Under the pieces are notes generated by a model, which saw nothing but the letters and a program-made list of their open reading frames with translations, searched no databases and had not been told where the DNA came from. From assembly GCA_013239625.1 (NCBI GenBank), contig MU053594.1:1333654-1397653 (forward strand): a stretch of DNA of 64,000 nucleotides, written 5' to 3'. Positions 60,750-64,000 of this stretch are shown piece after piece. The position numbers and the translations under genes were made by a program. Source of the stretch: Lama guanicoe. Its lineage: Eukaryota. Every line of letters begins with the position of its first letter. The stretch's first letter is position 1.

Positions 60750-62467
60750 TAAAGGGGAGGAATTGGAGGAGTTCAATCCCAGCTTGGGTAGGGAAGACGG
60801 TTCTGGCAATTACAGCTGCCCAGAATACAGAGGAGCTCTCGCCGCTGGAACATTCAAAGCAGAGTCTGGAGGGATGTCTGCCAGGGCTGTTCGTAACATG
60901 ACTTATTTATTCAGCAGATTGCCTACTATGTGTTCTCATCTTAGTCTAGGGAATTTAGGATTAAAAAGGGAAAAGCCCCTAGATCTAAGGCATTCACAAA
61001 AAGCCAATGATGATGTGCGTTATCTGATAAGCTTCTGTGGGAGCACAGAGGGTTTTGTAGGAGGGATTTTGCATTTGGGTGGGAGGTGGGACGTGGTGAC
61101 CTCTAAGGTCTCTTGGCTCCAATTATTCTGCGGTTCTATGTAAGCCATAATCTCTGCCTGCAAAGAATTTACTCACCTAATCCTCAGACTTTCCTCGAAA
61201 TTAAACCTTGGAGACCAAGGTCTGTTTTGCTCAAATGATAAGATTCCACAAAAGCAGTCAAAATGATGTTTGATACTTCCCGCCCCGCCCCCCCCAATCT
61301 CCTGGAAGAACTTTGCCATCTATTATAACATTTGAACCTCACAGCTAACCTACACATAAGATCACGGCCAGATACATAAACAGAGCAGCAGCAGCAACAG
61401 ATGAGACTCGCCTGGAGTCACCCAGATCGCTCACAGCAGGACGGGTGGAACCGAGCTCTCTCAAGGCTCATTTACGGTTCTTGCCAATGGACCATAATGC
61501 ATTTAGCTTTCACCTTTGGTGGATTTTATCTCGGAAAGTCTCTCTTTTCCTCCGCCTTCTCCCTTCCTCCCTCCTCCGTGACAGCAAGCACAGAATCTGG
61601 CAGATGAATGACCTGGCTGATCTTCCAAGTTTTCCTCTGAAATGTAGACCCCGACATCCTTTCCATTTGGAATTCCAAACACAGTCACTGCTGTGTCAGA
61701 AGAATATTAACTGTTTGAGCAGTGGACCTTGCCACCCGCCAGGGAGAATGATGAGAGCAGACAGGGAAGGAAAGCGCCCCTCCGCCTTTATTCAGCTCTA
61801 AGGGAAGATGCATGATCTAGTTGGGGCTGGTGATGCTGTTTTTTTAAAAATAAAATATAGGGATTCACAGACCTGTGCTAAGAGCGTGAGCTCTATGGGG
61901 AAACAGCCTTCTCTGAGAGACCAATAAATGCATACTTTGGCTTATTTATTTGGCATTCCTTGTAGGTTGAAGCAGCAACCAGTGGGCAGGTCCCAAGGCC
62001 AGGACTTCTGCGAACGTTGGGCCATTTGGGATGCTGGCAGTTCTGTTGTCATTTTTTATTCCTCTGAGTGAATCACTCTGATGGCCTGACAAGGCTGCTG
62101 AGAATCAGCATGAGGCCCCTGCTTTGACCGTGTCCCATCAGACTGAGGCACGCTGTGTCCTCCTGGACAGGGGTCAGGGCAGGGAGAAGACGGGGGAAGA
62201 ATGTAGTGCCCAAGTGGGATGCCACACTGCTACCTAAGGGGGTCCCACTGCCAGGGGCCCTGGAGTCACCACAGAGATGCTCCCCAGCCTGGCTTGGATT
62301 CTCTGATTTGATCCATCAGGCGATTTATAGGATTTGCTTCCAGAAGCACCAGAGAGAAAATATAGGAAAATCTCTAAGCTTTCATCCATGAAAGATCAGG
62401 CTTTGAAAGGAAATCCTTAAAAGAAATTTTACATGTCTGGCTATGGCAGTCTTGTTGGAAGAGGACC

Positions 62468-62714
62468 CACACCTACACACACACACCCACACACACCATA
62501 CACCCACACCTACACACACCTACAAACACCACACACCCAAAACACACCCCACACACATCTACACACACACTTATACACACCCATGCCCACACACACTACA
62601 CACCCATACTTACACACCCACACTTACGCACCACACACACCCCCCTACATCCACAGCACACCTACACACATCCACACCTATACACACCCACAACACCCCC
62701 GCCACACACACACA
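62468..62714. repeat. Degenerate CA-rich low-complexity/microsatellite block
   Basis: ~250 bp of interrupted CA/CAC/CCA units. Confidence 0.92.
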
Positions 62715-63499
62715 TTTAAGTGCACCAGCGCTCCCTAACCCCCTCGTCTTGCTGTGCTTTTCCGTAACACTTAATACTTAGAGTCACGTGTTTGTATATT
62801 ATCTCTCTTTCCCACTAGAGAATTTTGGCTCCATGAGGCCAGGACTTCGTTGCTTATTGCCACAGCCCCAGGTCATGACACTGATGGGCACATAGGTAGT
62901 TCTCATTAAATAGCCGTTTTCCCTCTTGTGGCCTGAAGTCCTAGTACTATTGGAGATTTATTAACTTATTTTTCAAATACTTCAAAGTTATTAAAATGCA
63001 AACATCCCTAGAATAGCACTTTAAGTCTTAATAATAGTTCTCAGCTAATAAATTTTGAGGACAGGAGCCTCCGCCATGACATCACGGAGCATAGATTCTT
63101 TCCTGAATTGTGTGCGAGAAGAAAGCATACAGGTGAGGAGGAGGAGGAGACAGGAGGAGAAGAGGCAGAGGGGAGACAGGGAGGGAAGCCTGGACCATGG
63201 CTTCCCAGCCATCCAGCCTGTCCGTCCTGCCCAGGAGTCACGTCTGACACTCCCCCCACCACAAGTCAACATCGGCCCCCACCACGTCCTATGTGACTTC
63301 TCTCTCCTCTCCACTCTCACAATTGGCCCCATAGAGGGAGTCCTGGCCACCTGTCCTCTGATGTTGTCAATGACAGCCAAACCAGTCTGCTGCCTCCCGC
63401 CTCAGCTGTGAGCCAGGCATACCACTCCCAGGCCAGCTTTCTAGAAGCTCCCCCATGGCAGTCACTAGGGCTGCTTGTCAATACCCCTGATTCTCCCTC

Positions 63500-63793
63500 T
63501 AGAGGCATACAATAGGCTGGGGACTAGTTCTGCTCAGTGAATTGGTAGCAGAAGTGATGGATGTTACTTCTGCCTTGAGCATTTCACTGCTAAGGTGAGA
63601 CCCTCCCGAGCTCTTTCTCTCTGGCACACTGACCATCAACATTTGAGATAACCCTGGGTTCCTGAGTGACCAGGATGAGCAGAAACCCCATGCTAACCCA
63701 CAATGGACATGAGGCAAAAAAAGTTGTTTGAGGCCCTGGTAACTAGGGATTGTTCCTTACTGCAGCATAACATAGCCTATCCTGACCGATACA
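63500..63793 (+). mobile_element. Old MLT1 (J/K-like) LTR 3' part
   Basis: CCTGGGTTCCTGAGTGAC...CAATGGACATG...TTACTGCAGCATAACATAGCCTATCCTGACCGATACA. Confidence 0.75.
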
Positions 63794-64000
63794 TGCCACT
63801 CACACAAGAACCTACAATGTCTCTCGTTACCCATCATTGTGTGTGAGGCAGTACACAGGTCGTAAGTTCCTTAGGTGATTGCTGTGTATGAATGCATGGC
63901 TCTTTGTAACGTTCTTTATTTGGAAATTTAAGATGATTCAAGATGCTAAAGTCCTTCCAGTTTAAGGGTACATTGTAGTGCTGAACTTTGAGTTACGGTG

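Noticed and set aside
62433..62781. His/Thr/Pro-rich ORFs
   Set aside because: Artefacts of translating a CA-rich low-complexity tract.

Overview
This is AT-rich to moderately GC-rich mammalian (eutherian) genomic DNA that appears intergenic or intronic. I could not support any protein-coding exon: the listed ORFs are repeat-derived or compositional. The window is dominated by transposable-element remnants: young 5'-truncated L1 tails with target-site duplications (TSDs), old L1M fragments, L2, MIR, several MaLR (MLT1) and ERVL-type LTRs, hAT and Tigger MITEs, and two related ERV1-type solo LTRs head-to-head at 59.5-60.7 kb. The young L1 tails and the absence of Alu, B1, Bov-tA, PRE1 or SINEC elements suggest an artiodactyl, probably a camelid (inference). 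The clearest discrete feature is a near-full-length processed U1 snRNA pseudogene (41065-41223, minus strand) with a poly(A) tail, an 18-bp TSD and a mutated Sm site. The most interesting signal is a set of heavily decayed Ty3/Gypsy-like coding motifs on the plus strand. RNase H/integrase motifs at 44.7-45.8 kb are fairly convincing; gag/protease motifs at ~10-11 kb and RT motifs at ~16 kb are weaker. All occur in canonical Gypsy order. Candidate regulatory sites include a strong CTCF motif, an NRF1 palindrome inside a hairpin, and an ETS/NF-kB/AP-1 cluster. Repeat subfamily names are from memory, not from a database search, and most boundaries are approximate.
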